From IMG/VR virus record IMGVR_UViG_3300045988_175002: a stretch of DNA of 64,000 nucleotides, one strand, 5' to 3'. The notes under the pieces are model-generated. The model was not told where the DNA came from and did not search any database. It saw nothing but the letters and a program-made list of their open reading frames with translations. This document shows, in pieces, positions 34,452-44,192 of this stretch. Source of the stretch: a virus. How positions within the stretch are numbered: the first letter of the stretch is position 1; the number at the start of each line of letters is the position of its first letter. The translations under genes were made by a program, and so were the position numbers.

Positions 34452-36215
34452 TCAGATTGCGTCCGGGAACTGTTCGTTCGGAGAGAATTTGAGGAGTTTC
34501 ACGGTCGCTCCCTCACGCCATTTGTTCCACGCTTTGATGGTGATTCCGACGATGCGTCGGCGGGTTGGACGGTCGCTGTGCGCTCCACGCTTGTTGATGT
34601 CGAACAGTGTGTTGCGGAGTACGAGAATGGGGCTTCCCTCATTGAGGTTAGCGCCGGAGGCGAGCATGTCGAAGAACCGTTCGCACGCCTCACCGTCGAT
34701 TTCGTTGAACGTCCAGTAGAGGAGCGCGGCCATGCTGGTGGACATGAGATGGTTGCTTTTCGTGTAGAACGTGCTGGCCTGTCGTAGCGTATCCTCCAAT
34801 TGCGGAGTGCTTTCGATGAACGTCAGCAGTTCATTTCGGGTCGGTGACATGTTGTTGACGCATGCGGCTTCCACACCCAACTGTTCGCTCAGATAGATGG
34901 AACGGGCCACGGTGGAAAGCTGTTTGGCGTTGTTACGGCCTTTCAGTTCGAGCACGTTAGCCATGGTGCGGCCCTTGCCCGCATCCATGGTCTCCTGCGT
35001 GTCTTCGGGCAGTCCGCGAATGACCAGAGTGCGGAACGGAACACCGGATTCGACGCATGCGAGGAGCCTGTGCTGTCCGTCCAACAAGCGTCCCGTGTTG
35101 CTGAATTTGATGGCTTCGCCGTTCATTTTCCAAGCCTTCTGCGCCATGGTTCGGGCGAACAGTTCGACCTGTGTGCGGCTCACGTTGCGGTTGTTGGTGT
35201 TCACGCCGAGCATTTCCTTGGCAACGTCCGGTGTGATGGTTTCGACCCGTCCGGTGATGCTGTCCCAATCGTATTCGTCGGTTTCACTGGCGTAGGCTGG
35301 CGTGGCCTTGGGTGCTGGCTCTTCCGGTTTCAAATGGATAAGCAACGTGGTCTTCGGAGCGCCGGAATGACGTCTGATTTCGGTTTTCGGTGGTTTCACT
35401 TCGACCGTCTCGTACTGTTCGGATTCCTCGACCTGATTCATGGCGAACGCGAACGCTGTCATGGTGAAAGCGAGCATGAACCTGTCCACGCTACGTTTCG
35501 GAGGGAACTGTTTCATTCCGTCGATGATGCGGGTGGCGTCCGAATGGGTGATGTATGGGCAGTGGTTCACAACCGTGTCCAGTCCGCCCTCGTATTCCTT
35601 ATGGGTGAGGAAGACGAATGGTGCGAGGGGAGTACGCGCCTGTGCCATTCCCTTGAAGCATTGGCCGACCTCATTGTAGATTTCACCAACCTGACGGTAA
35701 CGTGAAACAGTGTCGATGCCGTACTCGTCCACGGGATTCGTGTACTCGTATTCGTTGCTTTTGAAGATGCGTTCGTTGTATCGGCTGGCCTCACGCATTC
35801 CGGGGCAACGTCCGAAACCGAGCGTGGTTCCGCTGCTTTTCGTACCGTCAGTCCGTTTCAGATTGTCCTTGCTCAGCCAGTAGGCTTCCATGTCCGCGAT
35901 GAATGTTTTCGCCGCGACTTTCTTGGTGAGGTTCCGTCCGGTCATACGTGCGAAGTATTCGCCTTCGACGCCGGTGAGTACCGGCAGTCCGGTTCCGACG
36001 AACAGATTATCAGGCAGGAGGCCGTACCATTCGGGGTTGATTTCATGGTCGCTCATGTAGGAGAGAATCCGTCCCACGCTGTCACGGTCGATAAACACTG
36101 TCCGCGCGTTGGCGAATGAGTCAACGTCGAGATTCAACGCCTTGCATGTCGGGAGGAGGTCTTTCTGAATCATGGTCATGAACCGTGGTTCGGTTTTGAT
36201 GTCTTTGTTAGGCAT
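34452..36215 (-). CDS. ParB/Srx-fold nuclease-domain protein with large N-terminal domain of unknown function (587 aa)
   Basis: The C-terminal half contains GQHRLLACVESGVPFRTLVIRGL, the ParB-like N-domain GxxR motif, plus the downstream helical region. The N-terminal ~330 aa are unassigned. Confidence 0.55.
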   Translation of the reverse strand: MPNKDIKTEPRFMTMIQKDLLPTCKALNLDVDSFANARTVFIDRDSVGRILSYMSDHEINPEWYGLLPDNLFVGTGLPVLTGVEGEYFARMTGRNLTKKVAAKTFIADMEAYWLSKDNLKRTDGTKSSGTTLGFGRCPGMREASRYNERIFKSNEYEYTNPVDEYGIDTVSRYRQVGEIYNEVGQCFKGMAQARTPLAPFVFLTHKEYEGGLDTVVNHCPYITHSDATRIIDGMKQFPPKRSVDRFMLAFTMTAFAFAMNQVEESEQYETVEVKPPKTEIRRHSGAPKTTLLIHLKPEEPAPKATPAYASETDEYDWDSITGRVETITPDVAKEMLGVNTNNRNVSRTQVELFARTMAQKAWKMNGEAIKFSNTGRLLDGQHRLLACVESGVPFRTLVIRGLPEDTQETMDAGKGRTMANVLELKGRNNAKQLSTVARSIYLSEQLGVEAACVNNMSPTRNELLTFIESTPQLEDTLRQASTFYTKSNHLMSTSMAALLYWTFNEIDGEACERFFDMLASGANLNEGSPILVLRNTLFDINKRGAHSDRPTRRRIVGITIKAWNKWREGATVKLLKFSPNEQFPDAI

Positions 36216-36759
36216 GATTTCCTTCCTTCAATCGTTTCAGCATCCGGTAGGTTTTGGGGGCGCAACCGGATGGATTGTGTTCCTCTTTCCGATACTGTTT
36301 TTCGAGTTCGTCCCAATGGTCGATGATGGTTTTCCAATCGTCCGACACGTCGCGCATGAGACTCAGATAGGCACGTGCGACTGGCACCATGTCGAACATT
36401 CCGAGTATCCGACGTAGGTCTCCGGGGTCTTTCGGAGTGTCCTCGCAACCATGTTTGCGCGTGCCGTTCACGGTCATTGTGATTCCGGTGAGCCGTTGGA
36501 CGATGGCGAGCGAGCTGAGGCCCACGTCACCGTTGGCGAGCCATGCGGCGAACAGTTCCAACGGAAGTCTGGGACTGTCCGTCATGCCGTCGGAGGCTGG
36601 GTTGAGGTTGGCAACGAGCCTGTCTTTCGGAACGTCCGCGATGATGTCCGGCTGGGTTTCGGAGTCGGGCATCCGACCGTAGACGAGATGGTTGTTGACG
36701 AGTATGGACGGTTGTCGGCCACCATATACGCCGATGGTGCAGACGGTGTCTTCGACCAT
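36208..36759 (-). CDS. hypothetical protein (183 aa)
   Basis: ATG start. Overlaps the downstream gene by 8 nt. Confidence 0.45.
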   Translation of the reverse strand: MVEDTVCTIGVYGGRQPSILVNNHLVYGRMPDSETQPDIIADVPKDRLVANLNPASDGMTDSPRLPLELFAAWLANGDVGLSSLAIVQRLTGITMTVNGTRKHGCEDTPKDPGDLRRILGMFDMVPVARAYLSLMRDVSDDWKTIIDHWDELEKQYRKEEHNPSGCAPKTYRMLKRLKEGNHA

Positions 36760-36762
36760 GGT

Positions 36763-36987
36763 TCACGCTTCCATCCAGCGGATGCTTTCGTTGAGGAAGT
36801 CTCTGATTTTGCGGAGGGTTTCTATATCGTTGACGACGACGCTGGTCGCGGTGTCGCTGTCGGTGATGGTGAACATGAGTTCCTTGCCGAAGCTGGGGGA
36901 TTGGAGGATTGTGAGTTTGTTGGTTCCCTCGTTGCCGACGATTTGAAGTGCGGATGTGTTGCCGTTGTCGTATTTGGTTGCGCTCAT
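36763..36987 (-). CDS. hypothetical small protein (74 aa)
   Basis: ATG start. First gene of the minus-strand unit 36987->31275. Confidence 0.35.
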   Translation of the reverse strand: MSATKYDNGNTSALQIVGNEGTNKLTILQSPSFGKELMFTITDSDTATSVVVNDIETLRKIRDFLNESIRWMEA

Positions 36988-37186
36988 TGTTTCTGTGGTC
37001 TTTCCCGTTCCTGTGGAATGTTTTGTGTGGGCGAGGTCAGCTTAACACACTAGGTGGGGGTATGCAACCGTTCGGGGATTCGCGGTCGGATGATTTGCGT
37101 TCGACCACACCCTTTGTTATACTGGAAACGTCCACAAAAAAGGGAGTCACACACTCCCCAACACGCCAGAACAAAAAGAAGAAACC

Positions 37187-37363
37187 ATGAGCAAACAGAC
37201 GGAAAACAACATCAACCTGACACTGACACTCATCACAATCGTCAGCGCACTCCTCATGTGGAGACAGGATTACGGACACGTGGTAATGGCAATCACCAGC
37301 ATCACATTCCTACTCAGCTCCACCGCACTGTTCGCTCACTTCATCAAGAAACTCGACGCCTAA
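37187..37363 (+). CDS. hypothetical small membrane protein (58 aa)
   Basis: Not in the ORF track because it is under 60 aa. ATG with an AAAGAAGAAACC ribosome-binding site. Two hydrophobic helices (LTLTLITIVSALLMW and VVMAITSITFLLSSTALFAHFI). Confidence 0.35.
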   Translation: MSKQTENNINLTLTLITIVSALLMWRQDYGHVVMAITSITFLLSSTALFAHFIKKLDA

Positions 37364-37432
37364 AAACAAAAAGGAATGCCCCAGCCCGAACGGACTGGGG
37401 CATAGGCATGTTCGCAAGAACGAAGGAAACCA

Positions 37433-37813
37433 ATGGACGATAAAAACAACACCGAACGAGAGCCGAGAACCGAAGTGGAACGACTCCTGTTCAAAAACGA
37501 ACGCATGCAGGACGCGCTGCTCAGCCTCAAGGACACCATGAGCAGAATGATTGGCGAAGGCCGACTGCCAAACGACGACGAGGTACACCAATGGTTTGAG
37601 GGAATCGACCGCAAACTCGAACACGAGGCCGCTGACCGTGAGGTGTTGCTGTTCAACCATGGGGCCATGACCACAGTGCTCCCGAAGGCCACTGAACGAT
37701 ACCAACCCGACCTTCAAGTCCGATATCAGGAAATTCTCACCACATGCAACAAAGCGTATGCGGACGCCGACTACAAATATTGGATTGGCCGTTTCCAACA
37801 GGCCGGACTCTGA
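37433..37813 (+). CDS. hypothetical protein (126 aa)
   Basis: ATG start. Helical, with no motif. Confidence 0.45.
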   Translation: MDDKNNTEREPRTEVERLLFKNERMQDALLSLKDTMSRMIGEGRLPNDDEVHQWFEGIDRKLEHEAADREVLLFNHGAMTTVLPKATERYQPDLQVRYQEILTTCNKAYADADYKYWIGRFQQAGL

Positions 37814-37873
37814 CCTGAAAAAACGCAATCCGAGCACAGTGGACAACACTGAAAGGAGTATTCGGACAGGACA

Positions 37874-38215
37874 ATGCCGGAAACCATACAGACATACCAT
37901 CCAACGTTCGAGAAGGCCAAGAAGCTCTTCAACCTGCGTAAAAGATTGTGGGAGATAGCCGACGGTAAAAGCGACGGAACAATCTCCTATGAGGAGGCGA
38001 ACCATCTCGCCGTGGACGCGGTGGCGACCGCCAACGGAGGAATGCCACGAGCCACGAGCGGCCCCATGGTAAGACTCTGCAAGCTTTGCACCAACGGTTG
38101 GATTCGTGAAGCGGCAAACGAGATGGGCTTGGTTTACCCGGACTTGGACTGCCCGGAACGGTGGGGCAAACATCGAGACCATAGCCGTAAAAAGGAAAGG
38201 AAGGCAACGGTTTGA
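37874..38215 (+). CDS. hypothetical protein, paralogue A (113 aa)
   Basis: Shares the C-terminal motif C-x-NGWIREA-x8-YP-x-L-x-P-x-W with the next gene. Confidence 0.5.
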   Translation: MPETIQTYHPTFEKAKKLFNLRKRLWEIADGKSDGTISYEEANHLAVDAVATANGGMPRATSGPMVRLCKLCTNGWIREAANEMGLVYPDLDCPERWGKHRDHSRKKERKATV

Positions 38216-38553
38216 GCGGCAACGGATTTGGCAAGGAAGACATAAGCAGAACAGCCATTCCGGCACGCCCATACGCCAAGGATATGGCTACCATCAACCG
38301 TCTGATAGCAAGGTTGCAAACCATTTCGGACGATAAGGCCAAAGGGAAAATCACATTCCAACAGGCGAACAAGAAGGCTGTGGAAGCAATCCACAAGGCA
38401 CGGAACACCAAGTCGAAGTCCCTGCAACGCAAGCCATTAGATTATTTAGAACGTATCTGCGAGAACGGTTGGATTCGGGAAGCTGTGCGAAAGATTCCCG
38501 AACTGTACCCGTATCTCGGCCATCCAGATTTGTGGCTTCGTAAAGGCGCCTGA
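38212..38553 (+). CDS. hypothetical protein, paralogue B (113 aa)
   Basis: TTG start overlapping the upstream stop. Paralogous to 37874..38215 (FQQANKKAVEAIHKA and ICENGWIREAVRKIPELYPYLGHPDLW). Confidence 0.45.
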   Translation: MSGNGFGKEDISRTAIPARPYAKDMATINRLIARLQTISDDKAKGKITFQQANKKAVEAIHKARNTKSKSLQRKPLDYLERICENGWIREAVRKIPELYPYLGHPDLWLRKGA

Positions 38554-38783
38554 TGTATTCCAAAGAGCAGATATGTTGCATGGTTTCTCTCATAATATTG
38601 TCGGCGTTGAGCTTGGCCGCGCTGGTGCATTACGCTCGACTGTCGATAGGAAGAATGAGTCGGATGCCTGACGAGAAATCCCGTTCAGACCTGTTCAACT
38701 ATCGGCTGATGACCGTCGTGTCACTGCTGGTGTTGTCGGTTTCGGTGGGTTCCATCATCGTCTACGGTTCCTCTCTCAAATAG
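38553..38783 (+). CDS. hypothetical membrane protein (76 aa, two TM helices)
   Basis: ATG overlapping the upstream stop (ATGA... TGATG). Hydrophobic helices. Confidence 0.4.
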   Translation: MYSKEQICCMVSLIILSALSLAALVHYARLSIGRMSRMPDEKSRSDLFNYRLMTVVSLLVLSVSVGSIIVYGSSLK

Positions 38784-38787
38784 ATTG

Positions 38788-38824
38788 GATTGGAAGACTG
38801 CCGTATTTATACTTCCTTCTACTT
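38788..38824. repeat. 37-bp direct repeat, copy 1 (second copy at 62546..62582)
   Basis: gattggaagactgccgtatttatacttccttCtactt is identical to copy 2 over 36 of 37 bp. It contains the inverted repeat GGAAG...CTTCC. Confidence 0.6.
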
Positions 38825-38880
38825 CTCAAACATTGACCATAACGTTACAAAAATCATTTTCAGAAAGCAGGAAGGTCAGT

Positions 38881-39837
38881 ATGTTAAACAGCACGGAAAT
38901 GCTTCGACTGGTCAGAGCCGCATGCAACGGAGACCATTTGAAACTGGCCCAGCAAATCGACTTGCTGGCCGACTCGGTGGAGAAAGCCAAGCCGACCGCC
39001 TACACCACGAATCTGCGTCGGCTGGCAGAGTCGGAACGCGAGAAAGGTCTGGCTGTCAACACGAATCTGGCACCGGTTGACGGGTTGACCGAACCGTTGC
39101 TCCCACCGGACGGGACTCATAAGCCCGTATGGGATAAGACAGTGCGGGGATTGTTGGATGGGCTGGTTGCCGAATATGGGAAACTGGATGTCCTGACCGC
39201 GCATAATCTCGCTCCCCGTAATCGAATCATGCTCACTGGAGCGCCCGGCACGGGTAAGACCACCTTTGCTTCCATCCTGTCGGAGAGGCTTGGGCTGGAT
39301 GGGGTCATCCTTCGTGCAGACCGTGTTATCAGCAGTCAGCTCGGTAAGACGTTAACCAATATCGCCTTGGTGTTCGACCGGCTCCACATGGAACGAAAGC
39401 TCCTGTTCATAGACGAATGCGACATGCTTCTGGCACGGCGCGACAACTCCCATGACGTTGCTGAAATGCGTCGGGCAACCAATCTCATGTTACAGAAAAT
39501 AGACCTGCTTCCGGAGGATTGCATTCTCATCTGCGCGACCAACATGGACGGTCTCATCGACCGTGCCGCATGGCGTCGGTTCGACGTTCGAGTTCGCATG
39601 ACACTGCCCGACAAGACTACGACAAGGCTTATTATCATGCACCGGCTTAAGGAGTTGAATATCCAAGCCGACGTTCGACCATGCGACATCAATGTGGAGA
39701 ACATAAGTCCAGCCCTTATCGTCCAAACCGTGGACAATCTGGCCCGCAAGACTTTGATTTCCGGTTCGGAAACCATTCCGACCGACCTGTTCGTCAATGC
39801 TTTCAACTCTCTGAAGATGGAGGTTTCCAACCAGTGA
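38881..39837 (+). CDS. AAA-family ATPase (classical AAA+ module)
   Basis: Walker A LTGAPGTGKTT. Walker B LLFIDECDML. Sensor-1 ILICATN. Arginine-finger region AAWRRFD. ATG at 38881 with a GGAAGG ribosome-binding site. Confidence 0.65.
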   Translation: MLNSTEMLRLVRAACNGDHLKLAQQIDLLADSVEKAKPTAYTTNLRRLAESEREKGLAVNTNLAPVDGLTEPLLPPDGTHKPVWDKTVRGLLDGLVAEYGKLDVLTAHNLAPRNRIMLTGAPGTGKTTFASILSERLGLDGVILRADRVISSQLGKTLTNIALVFDRLHMERKLLFIDECDMLLARRDNSHDVAEMRRATNLMLQKIDLLPEDCILICATNMDGLIDRAAWRRFDVRVRMTLPDKTTTRLIIMHRLKELNIQADVRPCDINVENISPALIVQTVDNLARKTLISGSETIPTDLFVNAFNSLKMEVSNQ

Positions 39838-40100
39838 ACCGTGACGGATACAAGTTCGATATCAATGTCCGCAGAAACGGTTTCATGTCATATCTGTGGA
39901 GCGCCGAAGTGGAAGATGAAGGATTCTTCACTCCCATTGCGAACGGTACTGCCCACACTCTCAACGGCGGCAAGAAAGCCGCTATGAAACAAGCGAGAAA
40001 GTGGGCGCAACACCAGCTCGCCCACCCCAGTGAAAAGGAAAGGTGGGCGGAATGTGCGACGATGAGCAACACCAAAACCAGACACCGGCGAAGTCACTGA
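39834..40100 (+). CDS. hypothetical small basic protein (88 aa)
   Basis: GTG start overlapping the AAA gene stop (GTGA). Confidence 0.3.
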   Translation: MNRDGYKFDINVRRNGFMSYLWSAEVEDEGFFTPIANGTAHTLNGGKKAAMKQARKWAQHQLAHPSEKERWAECATMSNTKTRHRRSH

Positions 40101-40358
40101 AACGTTCCGGAAGGCAACCGAAACTATCCGACGTCGTCATGCTCGACCGGGGTTGTCAACTGTGGATTCGTGAAGCCCGTAAAGGGAACATCACTGACAC
40201 GTCGAAGACCTTGGAGAAGATTCGGTACCAGCTTCGATTGGAACGTCGTGTGTCCGGACAATCCGGTTCTGGACTTCGTAGACCTGTGGGTAGGGATAAA
40301 AAACCCGATACGGATGGGAACGGTTCAAAGCCGGATAGGAAAGACTTATAACCTATAA

Positions 40359-40396
40359 GGGTGCCGGTGGACGGTGCTGTCAACCGGCACCTTTTG
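40359..40396 (+). terminator. rho-independent terminator
   Basis: The stem is gggtgccggt/accggcacc, followed by TTTT. Confidence 0.55.
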
Positions 40397-40475
40397 GTAT
40401 CCGACCTCACAATACTGGGGGTATCATTGTGTTATCGACGGAACCACACGCCCGTCATTTTTATAAGGAGACACA

Positions 40476-41240
40476 ATGAACGAAGGAACCTATGGGCTGG
40501 AGACCCTGAAAGCCGACTATCATACGATACTCGGCTACGATATCGGCTATCTCACCGCGGAATCCTATCCGCTGTTCGCACCCTATCGTGCGAAAACCAA
40601 GAACAGTTTCTCCGGTAGAGTACCGAGACTGTTAAGCATAATCATCACCACTCTCATCAACACGCCAAGCCGCGAATGGGATGCGGAAACCCGCACGCTC
40701 ACCATCGGCGACGACTTCTTCTTCCTCGCCAACAAATGCGGTTTGAACAGTGGAGGAGACGGACGCACTACCGTCCGGAACCAGCTTCTCATGCTCTCGT
40801 CAATCCAGTTCACCGGAGCGGACGGAGTCAAAGTCACGCCGGTCGAACAAACCGAAATCACCTCCGACAGTCTCACTATCGAGCATCGGAAAATCACGTT
40901 CACGGAACCGTTCGTAAAAATGATGACAAGGAACGTCCGGCAGATGCCGTTGAAGTGTCTGTACCCCAACGCGGGTAGCGCTATAGCGATAGACCTGCTC
41001 GCATTGGCGGCATTGTATTGTCCGAACGACCATAGGCTCATCATCGAACGGGCAGACCTTCCATCACTGCTTCCAGCAAGCAGGCAAAGCCTCTCCAAGC
41101 AGAATCTTCTAAATAGATTCAAGGAGTTGAACGACAGTCAGAACGAGTGGACGTATCGTATAACGAAATACAGTGTGACCATCAGCCCGTTCGGAGTGTA
41201 CTCGTCCGAAGACGCTTTGAGATTACGTCGCAGACAATAG
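40476..41240 (+). CDS. hypothetical protein (254 aa), possible DNA-binding/replication-associated protein
   Basis: ATG with an AAGGAG ribosome-binding site. No motif could be assigned with confidence. Confidence 0.45.
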   Translation: MNEGTYGLETLKADYHTILGYDIGYLTAESYPLFAPYRAKTKNSFSGRVPRLLSIIITTLINTPSREWDAETRTLTIGDDFFFLANKCGLNSGGDGRTTVRNQLLMLSSIQFTGADGVKVTPVEQTEITSDSLTIEHRKITFTEPFVKMMTRNVRQMPLKCLYPNAGSAIAIDLLALAALYCPNDHRLIIERADLPSLLPASRQSLSKQNLLNRFKELNDSQNEWTYRITKYSVTISPFGVYSSEDALRLRRRQ

Positions 41241-41306
41241 TTCGAGTATGAACAGAGGGGAGCCGACCGTAAGGACGGCTCCCCTCAATGATGTCGGAAT
41301 GGGAAC

Positions 41307-42029
41307 TCAGATTTTCAGCTCATCGATAACGGAAAGGTCAACACCGTCACCCCAATTATCGACAATCTTGCTCAGGTTCTTACGCATTCCGGCAGGAGAC
41401 TGGTCGTCAACCGGACGGCCGAAATTCTTCTCCGGCGCGACCGCGTTCAGCACGGAGAACAGCAGGTTGGTCATATCCTTGCCCTGCGCGAACACCAACG
41501 TCACCTCTGCGGCAATCATGCCCGGCTCGGCTGTAGCCAACCCTTCCAACGCGGACGCGAACTCGGAGATTCGACGTTGGTTCTTCGGTTCGGTCAATGC
41601 GTCCAGCACTGCTTCCGGAGTGCTCTTCTTCGTATCGGTCAACGCCTTGGCAAGAGAAACCACACGCTCGTCATCCAACGATTTGACAAGAGGAATCAGC
41701 TTCTTGCCGAACTGTTCCTCGATGTGCGGCATGGTCTTCTCACGCGGTTTGCGATTGGAACGGCCCTTACCTTTCCCCTTCGGCTTGTCTTCGGTTTCAG
41801 TGGACTCAGCGGCCACGTTCACATCCTCACCATCAGCCGGTGCGGACACGTCAGAGACAGGCTCCGAACTCTCCTGATTAAGAGAATCGGATTCCGTCTG
41901 CGACTCCTCGACAGAAGACTGCTCCGGTTCAGCATAATTGTCGGAACCGTAACCATTGTCCTGCTCCGACTGCTGGTTGTTGTTGAATCCCCAATTGGTG
42001 AAGTCTGGCATCATACCTTCTTTCGTCAT
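41307..42029 (-). CDS. hypothetical highly acidic protein (240 aa)
   Basis: ATG start. The N-terminal third is a low-complexity Glu/Asp/Ser-rich region and the C-terminal half is ordered. Confidence 0.45.
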   Translation of the reverse strand: MTKEGMMPDFTNWGFNNNQQSEQDNGYGSDNYAEPEQSSVEESQTESDSLNQESSEPVSDVSAPADGEDVNVAAESTETEDKPKGKGKGRSNRKPREKTMPHIEEQFGKKLIPLVKSLDDERVVSLAKALTDTKKSTPEAVLDALTEPKNQRRISEFASALEGLATAEPGMIAAEVTLVFAQGKDMTNLLFSVLNAVAPEKNFGRPVDDQSPAGMRKNLSKIVDNWGDGVDLSVIDELKI

Positions 42030-42089
42030 ATCCAGCGAACACTCCGGTCGTACAGGCTGTTAACAGTCGGAACGAGGTGTTCTGTATTT

Positions 42090-42960
42090 TCAATTCACGA
42101 GTGTAACGCCCGACAGCATCACCAAACGAGGAAAACGGAAAAAAACAATTCCCCGCGCCGCCCGCGCCGGTAGTTCCAACAGAAAAGCGGAACCAAAAAG
42201 AGTCCCCAACAAAATATGAAAAAAGGAACAGCACCCGACCATTATCAGAAAAACCATGAAAACCATCCAGTCCACGCCGGTAGGTCAACATGAATAGCAG
42301 ACTCAAAAAAAAGAGAAAAACCAAAAATCAAAAAGACTAAAAGAAAGGAAGTGAATATTTGCAGCTTTCAAGGCCACTGATTATTCCCTTTCAAGGAAGC
42401 GCTACCCACCAAAAATCAGAAAAAGAAACCAAACACCATCACATCAAAAAAAGAAGAACCAAGAAAATCAGAAAGAAAAGAAAAACCAAAAGGAAGAAAA
42501 GGAGAATATAAGAGCAGCAATCTTAATCAAATAGAAGCAACAGAAGAACAGGACAATAGAAGAAGAAACGCCTACCCCTAAATCGGGAATACAACGTATG
42601 AAAACAACAGAGGCAACGTAACCATCCACCAAAAGAACAGCACATCAACCCATATGACATACAGAACAGAAGAACGACATCACCAAACCCCCCAAGAAAC
42701 AAGAAAAGCAACAAGCCACACCATCACAAGACAACAAACCGAACATCAGTATCAACACGACGGCACACAACAACCACAGCACAAAACGACAACAGCGAAA
42801 AGGTCAATAGTCTCACTAACAAGGTCAACGACAATCAAAACAAGGTAACATCAATACAGGAACAGCCAATGCAATGAAAAAAAGCAACAGCAGAACCAAC
42901 AAAAAACTAAATATCAAAAAACTATAAATGCCAGAACTCGGACAAAACCGTAAACGTTCC
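42090..42960 (+). other. ~870-bp thymine-depleted (A/C/G-only) low-complexity tract, probably non-coding
   Basis: The plus strand is almost devoid of T over ~870 nt. It is A/C-rich, with recurring aaaaaccaaaa, agaaag and GGA-containing words. Only short low-complexity ORFs are present. It lies immediately upstream of the ParA-like/translocase cluster. Confidence 0.6.
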
Positions 42961-42977
42961 GATGAAAACAACGGAAC

Positions 42978-44192
42978 ATGACCCATCAGGAGGCGGTCTT
43001 ATTGGAAAAACGAACGATTTCCCTGATAATCGGCTCCGGAGGGCTTCTCACAACCATCAAAAAGGCCCTTACGAGAGCCGGAAACATGCGTTGGCAGGTG
43101 CCCGCCGCAGACAATATTCAAGCACAGGCCGACTATCTGATAAGACATCCGGTGCCCTCCGGGTTCAAAGGAATCATCTTCACCGACAGGGCTGGAAACT
43201 GGCTTCCGATAGCCAACGCCGGATACATGGTCTACTGGTGCAACACCGGTCAGATACCGGTCGGAGCCATGGGCATGAGCGAACAGATGTTACGCATGAG
43301 CGTGGCTGATTTCGCACGGACTTATTGGGGAATCCAGCTTGCGGACAAGCGTCTCGTAGTCGATATCCTCCAAAACAAAGTGAAGGAGACTGCGGTTCTC
43401 CTACCCATCACATCCAACACCGGAGGAGTGGGGAAGACCACGTCCAGCCGACAGTTGGCAGACCGTGCGTCGCAAGCCGGATTACGAGTTCTGCTCATCG
43501 ACGGGAACATCAGACAGTCCAGCCAACGTAGTTTTTTCGACCCGAGACAGGACAAGCCATTGCATACGATAGCCGACTGGCGACCGGGCATGCAGGTGCA
43601 GGTCGGAGCCAATCGAGGACGTGACCTTGGGGTTCCATACGACATCTGTTTCGCACCTCCAGCCGGTATCGGAGTGGACTGGCAGATATACCGTCAGTAC
43701 ATCCAAGCGGCACGCCGACTGTGGGATTTCGTCGTGCTTGACCTTGACCGAATCAGCGCGGACGATTTGGATGATAGGGAGAATATCGCCAACGGTTTAC
43801 TGCTTCCATACATTCAATCGGGAGACCCTTGTCTGGTTATCGTCAAGGCTGGAAGGCAGACGCAGATAGACGCGTTGAATCTGCTGACGGCCTTGGCTGA
43901 GCATCATCTTCCGAAGGAACTCATCGGAATCAAGGACACCGTTCCGGTCGGACTGCAAGGTTACAGACGACTCGACTATACGAGATACGGAACGTTTCTC
44001 GGAACCGAATATCAGACGGTCGAGGCAAGCAACCATATCGCCAACGGTGATGTCAGATGGGATGACCCCGGTCTTGCTTTTGCTAGGGAGAACATTCTTA
44101 ACTGGGCTTTGCCCGACCGTGGTTTCAATCCGGAAAGATTCAATCCGAACGTTAAGAACAGTGAAGGAAAGAAAGGTCGTGGGCGTAAGTGA
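42978..44192 (+). CDS. ParA/MinD-superfamily P-loop ATPase with N-terminal extension (404 aa)
   Basis: Deviant Walker A SNTGGVGKTT at residue ~147. Walker B-like VVLDLD. The N-terminal ~130 aa are an additional domain. Confidence 0.55.
   Translation: MTHQEAVLLEKRTISLIIGSGGLLTTIKKALTRAGNMRWQVPAADNIQAQADYLIRHPVPSGFKGIIFTDRAGNWLPIANAGYMVYWCNTGQIPVGAMGMSEQMLRMSVADFARTYWGIQLADKRLVVDILQNKVKETAVLLPITSNTGGVGKTTSSRQLADRASQAGLRVLLIDGNIRQSSQRSFFDPRQDKPLHTIADWRPGMQVQVGANRGRDLGVPYDICFAPPAGIGVDWQIYRQYIQAARRLWDFVVLDLDRISADDLDDRENIANGLLLPYIQSGDPCLVIVKAGRQTQIDALNLLTALAEHHLPKELIGIKDTVPVGLQGYRRLDYTRYGTFLGTEYQTVEASNHIANGDVRWDDPGLAFARENILNWALPDRGFNPERFNPNVKNSEGKKGRGRK

Noticed and set aside
38790-39080. ORFs beginning MEDCRIYTSFYF at 38790 and 62548
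   Set aside because: Both arise from the 37-bp direct repeat itself. The downstream translations are unrelated, low-complexity and out of frame with the supported AAA ATPase gene, so they are repeat-derived artefacts.
42090-42848. Short ORFs (42090..42275, 42523..42714, 42654..42848) within the T-free tract
   Set aside because: The translations are homopolymeric or low-complexity, dictated by the extreme base composition. No ribosome-binding site is present. The tract is treated as non-coding.
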